Numbered from the whole stretch's first letter, positions 39,351 to 53,432 are shown. The stretch is DNA of 63,824 nucleotides, filler included, from Reticulomyxa filosa (GCA_000512085.1; 22 parts of 22 records of this genome joined end to end with filler, not necessarily neighbours in it), one strand, 5' to 3'. Translations and numbers: made by a program. The notes: generated from the sequence alone by a model not told the origin.

Positions 39351-40194
39351 ATGGAATCCGACCACCCCAGTGATGAAGATATTAACAGAGATGAGCCAAA
39401 TTCTGAGTAAAATACCTGGCGGACGGCAAGCGGAAACAGAACAAAAAAAAATAAAACAACAAATAAATGAGCACACTTGCATATGGTGTGGTCATTGCAA
39501 CGACCAGCCCGTACCTGCCAAAGGACTGCGCTATGGATTGCAGCAAGATGACTTCATCAAATTGATGGCGCGCGTACCATCCATTGTCGACAATGAGTCC
39601 CAGGATTGGCGTGATGCGAGAATTGTCGCTGTTGGTTAGTGCCACTACACAATCCTTTGTCTTCCCTCCCCTCCCCTCCCCCTAAAAAAAAAAAACAACA
39701 CCTTTTTTTTTCCAAATTTAATTGGAACTGAGGAAAAAGGGACCAATTTTTTGAACATTTCAAAAAAAAAAAAAAAAAAATTCAATACAACACGAAATAA
39801 ATAAATGCCAAAACAGAATGCAGCTTTGCAAGAGTATATTTTGAAGCACAAATCGTGCGAGTGACGTTGAGCCCAAAGAATGTGACACCGATAAGAGTAG
39901 GATGGACATTGAAGGAAACGTTTGATGAAACGAGCGGGGAATGCGAGTATGTGGCACTTGGAAACAGATATTTTGTAGATGGGACTACATCATATCTTAT
40001 ACATAAGGTACCGTATGCCGTAGAAGCCAACAAGGAACAATCCCATGGATTCAGCGAGGGAGATTCGGTTGTGTGTGCAGCCGACTTTGAAGGCCAAGTG
40101 TTGAGTTTTTTCATCAATGGAAAGCGCTGTGTGTCGTATGATATGCCATCGTCATTCACCGAAGGGACTTTAGTTCCTTACATTGGCACTGCGG
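39351..40194 (+). CDS. SPRY/B30.2-domain protein fragment
   Basis: VYFEAQI..IRVGW..FSEGDSVVCAADFEGQVLSFFING..LVPYIG; intron ~39635-39816. Confidence 0.78.
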
Positions 40195-41351
40195 TATGTC
40201 TTATTTGTTTATTTATTTAATACCACACACGCACTCTCAGATGGGATGCCCCCCCCCCNNNNNNNNNNNNNNNNNNNNNNNNNNNNNNNNNNNNNNNNNN
40301 NNTTAATTAATTAANNNNNNNNNNNNNNNNNNNNNNNNNNNNNNNNNNNNNNNNNNNNTTGTTGAAGTAATTGTTAGTATTTCTGTTGTTGTCGTTGAAT
40401 TTGTTGTAATTGTTGTATTTATCGAAGTCTTGTTGTGACTGTAGTTATTATTGTTGTCGATTCGTTGCTGTTACTATATTTGTTGTTGATGTGACAGTTG
40501 TTGTGTTGGTATTTGAGTTAGTGGTTGAATCTGTTGTTTGTTGAATTTGTTAGTTGTTCTTCCTCTTGTATAGTATCGCATAATATAAAGAAGTTGAAAC
40601 ATATTCTTCTTTTCTCCATTATATCTTTTGTGATCTTGGCAGTGTTCTTGCTCTTAGTAAGACTCACCCAATGATATTTCGACGACATATTCAGATAATT
40701 TCAATAATGATAAAACTGATTTGCATTACTTACATTCTGTTGTTTAGATACGAAATCTGTCTCAACATTTAAGTAGTCTTGTTTTTGCTTGATATCGAGT
40801 TATGCAATATGCTCGATCAGCTGTGCTTGGTCTTGCAATAGACTTCGCGACATTGTCTTGGTGTTAAGTTGCTCGAATTGTTGTTCGAGATCATCTTCTG
40901 TAAGTACTCTTTTTCACGTGTTGTGTGTATTAGATTTGTAGCGGGCTTCTGTAGAATTCATTAATAAAAAAACAATGAAACATCATCGTACTTGTTTCTT
41001 GTAACATTTCTTAGTTACTCTTTTGTGTCAAAATAGACTTTTCTAATTGGGAAAAGAAAGGGTAGGGATTTTGTTTTTGACAGTAAAAACACCTTTGTTT
41101 TGCGAATTGTAATTACGACAAAAAAAAGTGCATGGAACATTACAGTTGAGCAGTGGCTGATGTACTCAAATTGATCTCATTAAAAAAAAGCTTTATTTGT
41201 GGTCAATTGTGATTCACGAACAGTTATTTTGAACTCAATTTACATGGACATGAAGAAACGAGATTATAATTGGAATATGAAAAATTGTATGAAATTTTTT
41301 AAAAGAAGAAATATTACATACATTTAAACAAATAAAAAAGACCGATATCAC

Positions 41352-43416
41352 CTAATGTTTGTAGTAATTAACACTCCAATCACTAATTTTGTCGCTGGGA
41401 ATGTATATTTTGGTTTCGCCCGACAACAAAGAGAAGGCAACAGATCCGCTGCTGTAAGTGAAACAATCTTGGGAGGGCCAAAAGACATTGCAATATTTTC
41501 CACTTGAAAGTTGTGGATTGAAACTCAAACTGAGAGTGCTTCCATCATCACCAACATTGGTCAATAAAACTAAGAACTGAGATCCTCGAGTGTAAGCAAG
41601 GGCATTATTTGCAGAATAAACCACATTCCAAGAGTTGTAGCTCCATATTTGCATGGTCTTGCGAGCAGTAATCACCACCTGAAGGAATTGATAGAGGGTG
41701 GCGGTGGTGTCATAGCTCGAAGGCCAAAGAGGTTCTCGGTTGTTCGGATCTTGACACCCATGGAATGCCTGTTCCGTCCCGTAATAGATGATAGGAATCC
41801 CAACGTACGTTAGCACAAAGTTGAGCGCATTTTCGTACTGTCGATAGGAAGATGATTGTCCAAGAGGATAGTAGCACCAAGGATAGTTGTTAGGATTTGG
41901 ATTCACCTCTTGCCAACAACAGCTCTGAGTCGTGCATTGCGACTCAGTAATGCCTACGTAGCCACAGTCTTGTTTGGATTGGTCATTGACACTGCAGTTG
42001 CCAGCCAAAAGCTCTTTGCTGTTGTGCACCGACACTGCGTCTGGATAGTCACACAAGAAGCGATCGTTGTCATGGTTGTCCACAAAGGTGCCCAACAGAG
42101 TCCAGTCTTTGAAGTCTTGTTGGTTTGCCGCGGCCATGCTTAACAAGTTGCTTGAAATGCTTTGCTGCGCTCCAAATGCATTGCGGATTGAGTAAAACAT
42201 TGGATAGTTGAGCACGCCGGGCAAGTAGTTTTGATAAGGGCCAACATAGGTTGGATCGCCGTTATCTACTTCTCCAACGGCGTACACACCAGCTGCTCGC
42301 GCAAAGTCTGTCCAAAATGGATCCGGATGAACTTCCGATACTGTGTCAATACGTAACTTGATTTATTTGATGTTGTCCCCCGCCATTGCAATTTTTTGTA
42401 TCACAAATTAGTTTATTTCCCTTTGCAATCGTATTATATATACATATACATATATGTATGTATATATGTATATAAGCTAATACCCCATCGGCCTTCCACT
42501 TGCCAACAACATATTCCGACACCCAATCACACAAGGAACTATTCACATAGGAAACAGATTGGTTCAAGTCGGGTAGTCCACTCAAACGACATTGCTCCAC
42601 TTGGCTTTGGTCATTCCAATCTTCAATGTTGCACCTATTCACAAATTTGTATTCACATAACACGTACAACTTTGTACTCTGCGCAGATGCTTATTTCCCT
42701 CCTCCTCCCCCTCTCTCTTTTTTGCCTTTTCTCGTTTTCGTCATGTTCGAATACCCGCTTGGACATCCATTGCAATTGTGATAATATTGCACTTGATTGA
42801 ACGGAGTTACATAGGACATGTCATTGTAGTTGTTATTGGCGGATTGCCGACGTGGTTCGCCACGACGTCGATCATTAAATACATTCCTCTTTCGTGTATT
42901 GCACTCGCCAATTGACTAAACGTATCCTCATCGCCAAAATAACTGTTTAATGTGTAAAAGTCTTGCGCCCAATAGCCGTGGTATCCCTTTTTTTTTAAAA
43001 AAATACAATTAATAATTCAAACATATGGATAAAAAAAATAGTCAGAAGTTTAAACAAAAACTTAACATTTGCAATATTTTCAACAACCGGAGAAATCCAA
43101 ATCGCATCAAAACCCATTCCTTGGATATAGTCTAAATGATTGATAACACCTTGAAATGTGCCTCCGCAATACGTAGATAGGTCACTACAACTTTGCGTTG
43201 TGTCGGTTGATTTTGCGAATCGATCTGTCAAAAGCTTTAACATCACATCATCTCAGTACTTTTGTATTCAATACATGACATTGTTGTTTGTGTGTCAACG
43301 TTTCAAAACAAAAACGCAACTTGGTATATTGTTCGGTTCTTCCAATCATTACTGGAAGCTCCAAACACTTTGGAGCAACACAACAGACTCGCCAACCACA
43401 ACCAATTTGATTTCAT
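41352..43416 (-). CDS. Secreted GH13 alpha-amylase (Taka-amylase-like) with an inserted trefoil domain; five exons
   Basis: Signal peptide [19 protein letters not shown]; WKNRTIYQ|LLTDRF; [26 protein letters not shown]; YHGYW; DVVANH; DG|LRIDTV; VGEV; FVDNHD; [11 protein letters not shown]; DPNNREPLW. One -1 frameshift near 42842, probably a read error. Confidence 0.95.
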
Positions 43417-43801
43417 TGAATATACCTTCAATTGATTTCAAAAATTCAATCGTATGCCAAAACAAACAACGCCAAAAGTTTTCTTGATTTGTACCACCCC
43501 AGACTTTTTTTTACGTTTTTGACGAAAACAAGGCAATAGAAGGTCTCTCTGAGATATTTATGTTTTGTCAGGCAACAGAGCTGTTAAACATTGAAAAGTG
43601 TGTATACATATAAAATATACATCATTTTGTGTCGACAGCTGCAATGCGATTGCATAAAAGAAAATGCATACGCTTGAAATGAAAAACAGAGCAGTGTCCT
43701 CCAAAAAAAAAAAAAAAAAAGCAAGTTTTCCCTCCTGCTCCACAAGTACTTGTGTGAGGTGTTATTTTTTTTTTGTTGCGTTTGAAGATTAATTGTTTAG
43801 A

Positions 43802-46800
43802 ATGGAGCCAGCTTTGAAATCAAAGCAAAAAACTTTTGAGCTATCAATACATCCGCCCAGTGATAATAATGGGGGAGTAGTCGGGCTACAGCCGTACCTG
43901 GTGCAGTCAATGACAAATCGCAATAACGTTCCCTCTGCTCATTACAGCCAGGTGACAACGAAGCACCCAGGCGGAATGACTAGTAGCAGCAATGTCGCAG
44001 CGCCATTACACGGGGCAAATTTCCACTACGCCGTGCAAGCAACGACGATGGGAATGGGTCAGACATTGGCAGTTCCACTTTCGAGTGCGAACAACAACGC
44101 AAACAACGTCTCAGTGAACGGAGTGATGAATATGGTAGCATTGAGAAATGCAATTGCAAGCCCGACGGTTCTCAATGCATCGCCAAGGATACATAGCGCA
44201 ATGCCGACAACAGTGTCTACTCCCGCGTCTTCTGCGTCGGCCCCTTTAGCATCGCACGTGTTTGCCATCGCCGGAGGAGTGCAGTCGCAGATGAACGGCT
44301 TGCCAGCGGTGACAGCGAAAATGGCTGCCACTACACCAAATCAAGGACAAACAATACATGTGACCGCCAATCACTCGGTTGGCCATTCGCAAGTCCAAAG
44401 TCAAGGTCAGACCTCGACTCAAAGCCAAAGTGTGAATTTAAGTATCAATCCAAGTTCAAACTCAAACTCAAATGCAAATCAGAACCCAAGTTCAAATCCA
44501 AATCAAAATCCAAATCCAAATCAAAATCCAAACTCAAATTTAAATCCAAGCTCAAATCCAAACCTACATCCAAATTTGAATTTAAATTCCAATGTTGTTG
44601 CAACCCCGAACCCAAGTCCAAATGCAAACCCAAGTCCAAATACGTTACGAAGAGCATCAACAAAACGCAGTGTATTTACGTATACTAGTCAAAGTAATCC
44701 ATTGCAACATTTGGAAGAACCACATTTGATTGCAACTGGCAATGACTCTTCCACTGCCAGTGCAGAGGTACTGCGTACGCCCAAAGACGAAAAGACATTT
44801 CCTTTTCCTTTACTACTCCTACCACCGCTACCACGACTGCTTCGTCGATCTCGATTCCTCCCTTGGTTTCCACTTCTGCTTCTGTCTCGACCCCTGTTTC
44901 AGTTGCGTCACAAAGTACTGCCATAGATTTGACTCAATGTATCAATAAAAACAAGACTATTCGACAACAGTCTCAAAACACGCTTGACAACTTGGTTAAC
45001 CATATTTTTTTTGTTTCTGGAAGAGTGTTCCTTTTTTTTTTCTCCTCCCCCCCCCCCCTCCCTTTTCCTTTCCTTTGATCTCTCAAAAAAAAAAAAAAAA
45101 AGGGAAGAGAAAAAAACCAGTGCATATAAATTCACGTGCAAATACATATATATATTATTTTTTATATTTAAATATATACGTTGTAATGTTTGTTTAAACA
45201 AAAGAAACAACAATTGAGCTCAAAGGAGCTGATAAAAGACATAGTGCGCAAGAACAAAGATCCCAAGTGTGGACGAGTGGTGTCGATGCGAAGGGCAGAG
45301 GGCGGAAAAGAGGAGATGATCCTCACATACGAGTATGGCAATGGACACAAAGAAGAAGCCATTGCATTTCAAAACGGTGACGTAATCATTGCCGGAGACT
45401 ACATTGGATGGCTACGGTATGATAATATACACACATACTACTATTTGCCATTTACCAAATAACAATACCTTTACTCTACATGCGCATGTGTGAATATATA
45501 TATATATATATATGTGAATATGTGTGTAAACTGCTTATACACTTATACAAAAAGATACATTGGAGGACTGGATAAGCAACATCGACCGACAGAAGACTAC
45601 TATCTTGGAATGGAATGTTTTGAACCAATCAAAGAAGGACACGATGGACATATCGGGAACATTGAGTACTTTGTCACCAAAATGACTCATCATCACGGCA
45701 CACTCGTTCCCTTCTCTCAATTCAAATGCAAACTCTCCTCGGCCGATGTCATTTGGTTCTTATTTCAATCCTATTTCCAATCTGTCCATCTTCTTTATCA
45801 GTTTATTCTCATCCTTTTTTATATATGTGTATATATGTATATGTATTATATACACAAGCATGTGTGCAAGCGGTGCGTTTTAAAATTATAAACTACGTTA
45901 AAAAATACGCAAATATACACATTCGCCGACGGTGACAAAAAAATAAAAACAAAAGGTCATTTGAAGTGGCAAAAGTATTGCTGGATCAAATGAAAGAAAG
46001 CGAAAAAGAAATGCAAAAATCGGCAGACGCGTTGAATCAGGTGACTACATCGACACATGAACATATGGCCAACGCTGGGTTGCTGAACAAACTTGTGCAA
46101 TCTTCATCGAATCGCCTCTATGGAGGATCTTCGATTCAGCCGATTGATTTGAATAAACGAAGTTTTGATTTTTTTTTTTTTGCATTCAAAGTGTTGCTTT
46201 TTGATGTTCCTCCTCTTTGCAATTGTTTTTTTTTTAAAAAAAAAAAAAAGGAAAGGAAAAAGAAAAAGAAAAAGATTGTGAAGATGAAGATCAAATAATC
46301 AACGATGAAGAAATGATGATGTCAAATGACAGACAGCCACAGATTACTCGAAGTACGACTGGCAGTTTGCCGACCCATGATCGCTCTACGCTCAATTCGT
46401 CTGTGTTCAATGCGTACTTGCGTGAATCACAGCCACACACTGTATATGCCCGACACACCACGACTGCCACGAGCAATAAAGACAATAACAATAATAACAA
46501 TAATAGCAATATTAATAATAATAACAATATTAATATCAATAATAAAGATGATAATAGTAATGACAATGATGACGATAAAAATGTGGTAACAAACAAAAAA
46601 AGCAAACACAAAAGGCAAAAAGCAAGCTCTGCGTCACTAACAAACGAAGGTGAGATCGGCTACAATGAGGATGAGGACGACGATAATCGCAGTGACAATG
46701 ACATTGATATGATGAGTGATGAAGGGAAGGATGGGAATCCTAAATACCAAATCCAAAAGAAAGAAGATCCTCGTCAAGAGCATCACCACGGATCTCATAA

Positions 46801-47824
46801 GAAACAGAAACAAAAAGGTCGTTTGGATACCACTACTGGACAAGGAAGAGATACCGTGAAAAAGCCGAAAAAGAGAATAAAACGTGATGGATATGTCAGC
46901 GACGATAGTGGCAGAAAACTTACAAAAATAAATAAAAAGAAAAAAAATGCAAGGAAACATGTGCATGCCGGAACAAACAAAAAACATTTGCCTCGAGAAT
47001 CACTTGAATCTTCTATGAATGGAGATAACACCCCCTCCTATGATCGCACCATGATGAAAGACAAACAACTGCATCTCAATCAACCGTCCCAACATCACAA
47101 AAAGAAAAAAGTGGACGATGCTTTTTATTCAAAGAACACCCCGTCGGGTTCACGCAAACACAAACGTAGACATAGACACGAGATTGAAGGAGATGTCAGC
47201 GATGAGACACATCAAACAAAAAGTAAGAGTCCAGAAGACAGCGCCAATCAAATGTCAGGAGGAGATTGGGTTTTTTTGACGGGCGATGATGGTTTGAATT
47301 TTATTCCGTTTGTATTTTTTTTTTTTTTTTTTTGCTGGACCCTTTCATGTCATTGAATCTCTTGCTACAAATAACAATCTCAATAAACTCATGAAGACGA
47401 TGAAAAAGATGAGCAGTACAACAGCGAAAATGAGGCTCCTGAACGAACACATGCAACTGATGAAGTAAGTGAGAATGACGAAGACAACCGACTAATGCAG
47501 GACACGCCGAGCGAGTATAGCATGACCCAGAGCGAGGTTTCATTAATAAGCGAAAACACGGAAACAAGGGTGACTCGTACCACAAATCGCAGTCGTGACA
47601 GACATAGCATTGACAGTGACGAAACTTTGACCAAAAAAACATTGGAAAAGTCAGTCCATTTGTCGCCGTCTCAACACCATCAAGGACACCGCTCCAAGGA
47701 CACTCAGGACAATCTTTCTCAAACAGATAATATTTCAATCCACAAACACGTGGCCAACAACAGTTGGACCAAAGAAGCAAAAGAGCCAAGCCTGTCAATT
47801 CCACAGTTACATAGACCATATATA

Positions 47825-47861
<37 letters not shown>

Positions 47862-48413
47862 GTATATATAATGTATGCATAATACACACATGATTGTATT
47901 GAATGTAAATACGTAAAGAACACATTACTCAGTGGTGTCAGTGGACTCATCATTGCATGACACTAACATGGAAGAACCAATTCCATTTATGATTAAAGCC
48001 AATGTTCCAAATGAAATTTCTCGAGCTGCTTTTCAACGCAAACTGGGAGGGGTTGTCCCAACGCGTATTTTTGAACGATCTTCGGGTGGAAACTGCCGTT
48101 TTATCATTGCACTCTTTGCTGATTCTACCGCTGCTCAAGTGGTTTGTATACATATATCTGTAATATATGCACTCTGTTTTTCCTTGAAACCAATCTTGAA
48201 CGACATTAACAATGAATCAATATTGGTAAGGCATACTCAATGTTAACACTGGATAAAATCGAATGCGGTGTCCCAGTACAAGTATCTGACTCACCTATCG
48301 ATGACGACAATATCGCCAACAAAAATTTTAATTCAAAACCTACCTTACAAATGATCTTATCCAATCAATCAACTGAAGATGCCGAAGAGGAAATACACGT
48401 CAAAAAGATTTGA
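43802..48413 (+). CDS. Large multi-exon, mostly disordered protein with a divergent CAP-Gly domain and a possible C-terminal RRM-like fold
   Basis: GWLR|YIGG..YYLGMECFEPIKEGHDGHIGNIEYF..HGTLVP (CAP-Gly-like, ~45380-45720); NP-, N- and K-rich tracts; IKANVPNEISRAAFQRKLGG..FIIALFADSTAAQ near the end; stop at 48411-48413. Confidence 0.7.
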
Positions 48414-48923
48414 TCTTTTTCTATTGGCTTTTCTTGCCCATTATTGATGGCTCCTCTTTTTTTTTCCCCCTCAAAAAGTCAAAATTTTTTGTAAACAAGA
48501 ACAAGACAATAATAAACAAATTAAAAAAAGAGACATGTCTTGTGCATCAAATAACTCCTCTTCCCAAGTACAAATTTAAAATAATTTTCTTTCCTTCGAT
48601 GTTGTTTTTTTCTTTTTTTTACATATGTTGAAGTAGTTGACCTCGTTAAAAGCTTGAGAATTGTTGGGATTATGAAAATGGGTCAATTGTTTGTCTGTTA
48701 TTTTTCTCTTATTCTATTTTTTTTTTACAATGTTTTTTTTGTTTTTCTTTGAAATTCGAAGTTTGGACCGAANNNNNNNNNNNNNNNNNNNNNNNNNNNN
48801 NNNNNNNNNNNNNNNNTTAATTAATTAANNNNNNNNNNNNNNNNNNNNNNNNNNNNNNNNNNNNNNNNNNNNTATATATATATATATATATATATACAAA
48901 TGTGTGGTTGAATTTAACTGCAG

Positions 48924-49765
48924 AATTGGAAGAGTATGGGATTGATAACATAATATCAAAGAAGTGGCACAATGAACTGAAGCATCCTCACGAGCACGGG
49001 ATATTGATAGAGGAGCTTGTGGACATAATCGACAGTACGCTGATAAAGCGATTCGCCACGAAGAAGGAGTATGGGACGGTGTTGATGATGCAGGGCTTGT
49101 ATGATGTGCTGTCGTTGTCCGAACGTCAAAGATATTTCAAGAGCAACAAAATGTTGGGAAGGGAGTTGATTGGCCATGTGTTGGCCAATGAGCTAATGAA
49201 TCGGTGGAAGTATCGCGCTTTGATTCACGGCAAGCAGAGCAACAGCTATGCCACGTATGATCGCAGTTACAATATCGATAAGTTGTACGAAGACATACGC
49301 AACATCGTCAATGTGCAATGCAAGTCCATTGGTTACGAACTTAGGGCTTCTGACCCCAATGCCCATGATATCATTTCTGCTCAGCAGCTTGGCTATGCTG
49401 CTGTTCACACGTGGCTGTCATTTCGAGAGCAACAACAACAACAACAACAACAACAACACAGTGCTTATAACAGTAATAATGGCACTTTAATCATTATCAA
49501 TGGCAGTGATGTTTTGCAAATGAATTTGTCTGATTACTTGCAAAAACATTTACAAATTCATGACCCATCCTCTTATGAAAAACAAACTTTTTTCCACGAA
49601 AAGTACAAAATCGACTCTTTGGGTTCCAAAGTCGCTTGCAGCTATATGATTCGTTTGAATAAGGCCGAGTTGAGAGACTCCAAAAAACTGAGATTGTATA
49701 GTCAACTTGCTGCATGTGAAGAATCCAACTTTGTCAAAAACTTTTCCTACATTGCACAGCTTTGA
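48924..49765 (+). CDS. PPi-dependent phosphofructokinase-like C-terminal region, 5'-partial and divergent
   Basis: LVDIIDSTLIKR..KEYGTVLMMQGL, KSIGYELRASDPNAHD...LGYAAV, KVACSYMIRLNKAEL..FVKNFSY; poly-Q insert. Confidence 0.78.
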
Positions 49766-50050
49766 TTGCAAACTTGTTTGATTGCAATTTCGTCATTTCT
49801 TTGGTTAAAAAAAATAATTTTGTTTTTCAAATTTATCGGTCTATTTTTTTTGCAAAATAATTATTAGGAATAGAGTTTGACGACGATAAAAAATAACAGT
49901 GGTCTTTTGTTTTCAAATACATTTTATTGATTTAAACATATAAAAAAAAAAAAGGCCACTTTATTTTAATTGCTCTTCTCAGTTGCTTTTACGCACTATG
50001 AAAGGGGATAAGTCGAGGAGAAACATCAACTTTTTTTTGTGTATCAAGCC

Positions 50051-50396
50051 ATGAGGTACCTGCCGTCAAAGTAATCATCTCTCCAAGGGGGGCAAGAATA
50101 GATTAACAAAATAAAATGATAAAATTGATGAAGTCAAAAAAAGAGCCAAAGGGTTCTCCAGACAAGGACGCGATACTAAAAGGAGACGTGGTGTTGCTTG
50201 CTCAGTCTCGGGTGGGTATCGTACGACACATCGGTTCCGACAAGAAAGAATTGTTTTATGGGATCGAATTGCGCTTGACGGACGGTGCATTAGGAAATAG
50301 TGATGGGACACATCAAGGGGTTCGATATTTCGAAACCGAGGTCAATTGTGCTTGTTTTCTGCCGCGTCGAGATATAATCCGAAGATACTCTCCCGA
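50051..50396 (+). CDS. CAP-Gly domain protein, 3'-partial
   Basis: GDVVLL..RVGIVRHIG..FYGIEL..GNSDGTHQGVRYFET..CFL. Start position tentative. Confidence 0.85.
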
Positions 50397-50496
50397 NNNN
50401 NNNNNNNNNNNNNNNNNNNNNNNNNNNNNNNNNNNNNNNNTTAATTAATTAANNNNNNNNNNNNNNNNNNNNNNNNNNNNNNNNNNNNNNNNNNNN

Positions 50497-52386
50497 AATT
50501 AATAAAAAATAAATTTAATAAATAATAAATATTAAAACCTTTTTCAGGTTCTTTATAATAACTACAATAAATGTTATTATTATTGTGGCCGCCATCGTAA
50601 TATTCGATGCCACATTTTATATTATTTTTAATGCAATCTTCATAATAATAACATTTATCATAACTATCTAATCCATCCCAATCAATACTAATAATTCCAT
50701 AATTATTAATTTTAATATTTGTTGGGAGTGGTTGCCGCCATTTTTGAATGGCGACATTTGCACCATAGAAAAGTGCAAATCCCAAACTTAAAATATAAAT
50801 AAGGATTGCCAATATTGCAATCAATGTTAATCCACCTATTATTTTATTTTTAATTATATTTTTTATTAAAAAATATAAAAATATAAATATTAAAAAATAC
50901 AAAAATATAAAAATATATACCTTGGTATTGTGAAGAATGAGGTTTTAATATTTTCATCATCTTCACTTTTTCTTCTTTTTCAATTTTAATTTTTTCATAA
51001 TATTTGCCAAGTTCAACTTTAGTCCCTCATAAAACAAAAAATCATCATCAATTTAAATGTTCATGTCTAATAAAGGATAGATGAACAATAAACAAATTAC
51101 TAAACTCTTCGTGATCCTTCTATTCATGTTAATCTCTTTCTTCATCAAACAATTTTCTTTCTTCACAATCTGTTCGATTACTTTTGGCTTGTTGGTCTTG
51201 GCTGGTTGTTCCTGTCGGCGTGCTTGGTCTTTACGTTGAGTTGGACGACTTGGTCGACTCTTGAACTTTGGTGGCGACGCTATCTTTAGTGATGACTCCA
51301 TTTTTGATTCCAATGATATATTCGACGATGGCGATTTTCTCTTCTCTGACTGCGGTGTTCTTGGTGGCGTCGATATATGTTGATATATATATCGTCTTTG
51401 TTCGACTTGGTCATCCATCATTGGCGATAGTCGTTCAAATAGTGGATTCTCTATATATTTGGTATGTTGATTTTCTAGTTGTAAGTTGTTTTTTTAATTA
51501 TAATATAACACTATTAAAATAACTTTTATTAGGTCGATGTGGAGTGCTTGCAAAGAAGGTATCTTTGTCATATTCAGTATATGGTTGATCTATTTGTATG
51601 TGTATTTTTTGATGATATTATGCTAAAAAAAAAAAAACAACAACAAATCAAAATAAATAACTTCTTTTATGTTGACGAGGCGTATCAACTTGCATAGGTG
51701 TTGGGGCGATGAATCTATTTCAATAGATCTTGTTGATGGAATATCTATTTCCATATATCTCGGCGATGGATTTATCTATTTCATATATCTTGGCGATGGG
51801 TTATCTATTTCCATATAGCTCGATGATGGAGTTTGTAATATGATATCTGCATCTCCAATATCTATTCACATTATTATTATTATGTATCATAATGTTATTA
51901 TGTTATTATTTACATATACACATATGTACATATATGTCAACGAATAAACAAATTAAATTTACTTTCTGTTGACTGGTGACTATATTCTACAGGAAATTGC
52001 TCCATCAAGTCATCAGTCACTCCAGTCACTTGTGCCATCAAATCACCAGTCGTTTGTTCCATCAAATCGTCTGTCGTTTTGTCCGTTACTTGATTATGCT
52101 TGGTGTCCATTTCATCAGGAAAGGGTGCAAGCGTTCTTCGTGATATGCGAGGAGATGTTGATAGTTTTTCATCGTCGCATTCTTCAAACTTGTCCAGCAA
52201 ATTAATGGATAAATCGGGATCCTGATTTGGCTTATTTGGCGATGAGCTGGACGACCGAGACGACAAAGACTCAGTTGGTGATAGAATCTCAGTCTTTTGT
52301 GATCTATCAGATGATGAAGAAGAAAATGGGAGCGTTCGGTCTGATCCTTGTGGCGATGGTGTGTTTTGTGGGCTATTATTACTCAT
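50497..52386 (-). CDS. Hypothetical multi-exon protein with an S/P-rich N-terminus and a transmembrane segment
   Basis: ORFs 52386-51937, 51421-51053 and 50902-50497; hydrophobic stretch GLTLIAILAILIYILSLGFALFYG followed by a Cys-rich segment. Confidence 0.55.
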
Positions 52387-52629
52387 TTTTTGTTGATTGG
52401 TTGTTCCTCTTATTGGCTGATTGAAAAAGGTGATTAAAGATTTAAAAAAAATTGATGACGCACAAGATGAGCTAAGTTACGTCAATTATTACTTTTTNNN
52501 NNNNNNNNNNNNNNNNNNNNNNNNNNNNNNNNNNNNNNNNNTTAATTAATTAANNNNNNNNNNNNNNNNNNNNNNNNNNNNNNNNNNNNNNNNNNNNAAG
52601 TGTAACGGCTACAATCTTTTAATTATTTT

Positions 52630-52813
52630 CTTGTTCAGCACGTCTTTTAGATTTTTTTATCAATTTTTAACTGATTTCATTATATTTAATGACTACAAAA
52701 TTTGTGGATATTTTTTAAAAAAATTAGGTTTAAATATTTATCTTTCATGGAGAAAATCGATTCTCTTCATAGAGATGCCATTTAGGTATACCAGTATTTT
52801 TTGCAACATACTG
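52630..52813 (-). mobile_element. Tc1/mariner-type TIR copy in reverse orientation
   Basis: Ends ..catggagaaaatcgattctcttcatagagatgccatttaggtataccagtattttttgcaacatactg|TA, the reverse complement of the family TIR. Confidence 0.82.
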
Positions 52814-53432
52814 TAATTATATCAAGAATCATCAGTTGTTCACTGGATTAAACTTATTGTTTCTCAAATTATTGTTCAAAATAATGTCTTTGTTATTTTA
52901 CATGCCCAAGTGATGTAAAGGCATATAAAATATGATATCAAGAAGGACATATTTGCTTTGTACAAAGTTACAACATAGAGAGAGGAATCTTAAGATGAAC
53001 TATTCATGAGACATTGAATAATTTTATTTATCTGATTGTATTCTTTTGAATGACGGATTGTCCATATCTTGCTTCAGGAGAAAATGTTGCTTTTGATAAT
53101 GCAGTTTTCTTTCTACTTTATCTTGTTTTGCGTGCTCTGTACTATACAAAAAACAATCTTAAAAAAAAATAGCAGTAATTTGAAATTAAGAAACACAATA
53201 TTTTGCAATTTATTTTGATATTTGGACATTATTTTCATCAATTAATGCTTTTGAAATCTTTAAAAATATTTAATGTAAATTTTTCAATTTTTAAACAACA
53301 AAGTAAAATAAAACACATCATTTCAATGCTTGCATTCAACCAAATCAGACAAATTTGATATCAAATTACTTTTCTTTTAATCAAACTTTTCAAACAAAAA
53401 ACATTTTCATTTCTTATTCGACAAAAAATAAA

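Noticed and set aside
40359-40960. Thr-rich mucin-like minus-strand sequence
   Set aside because: Broken frames and low complexity; cannot be assigned.
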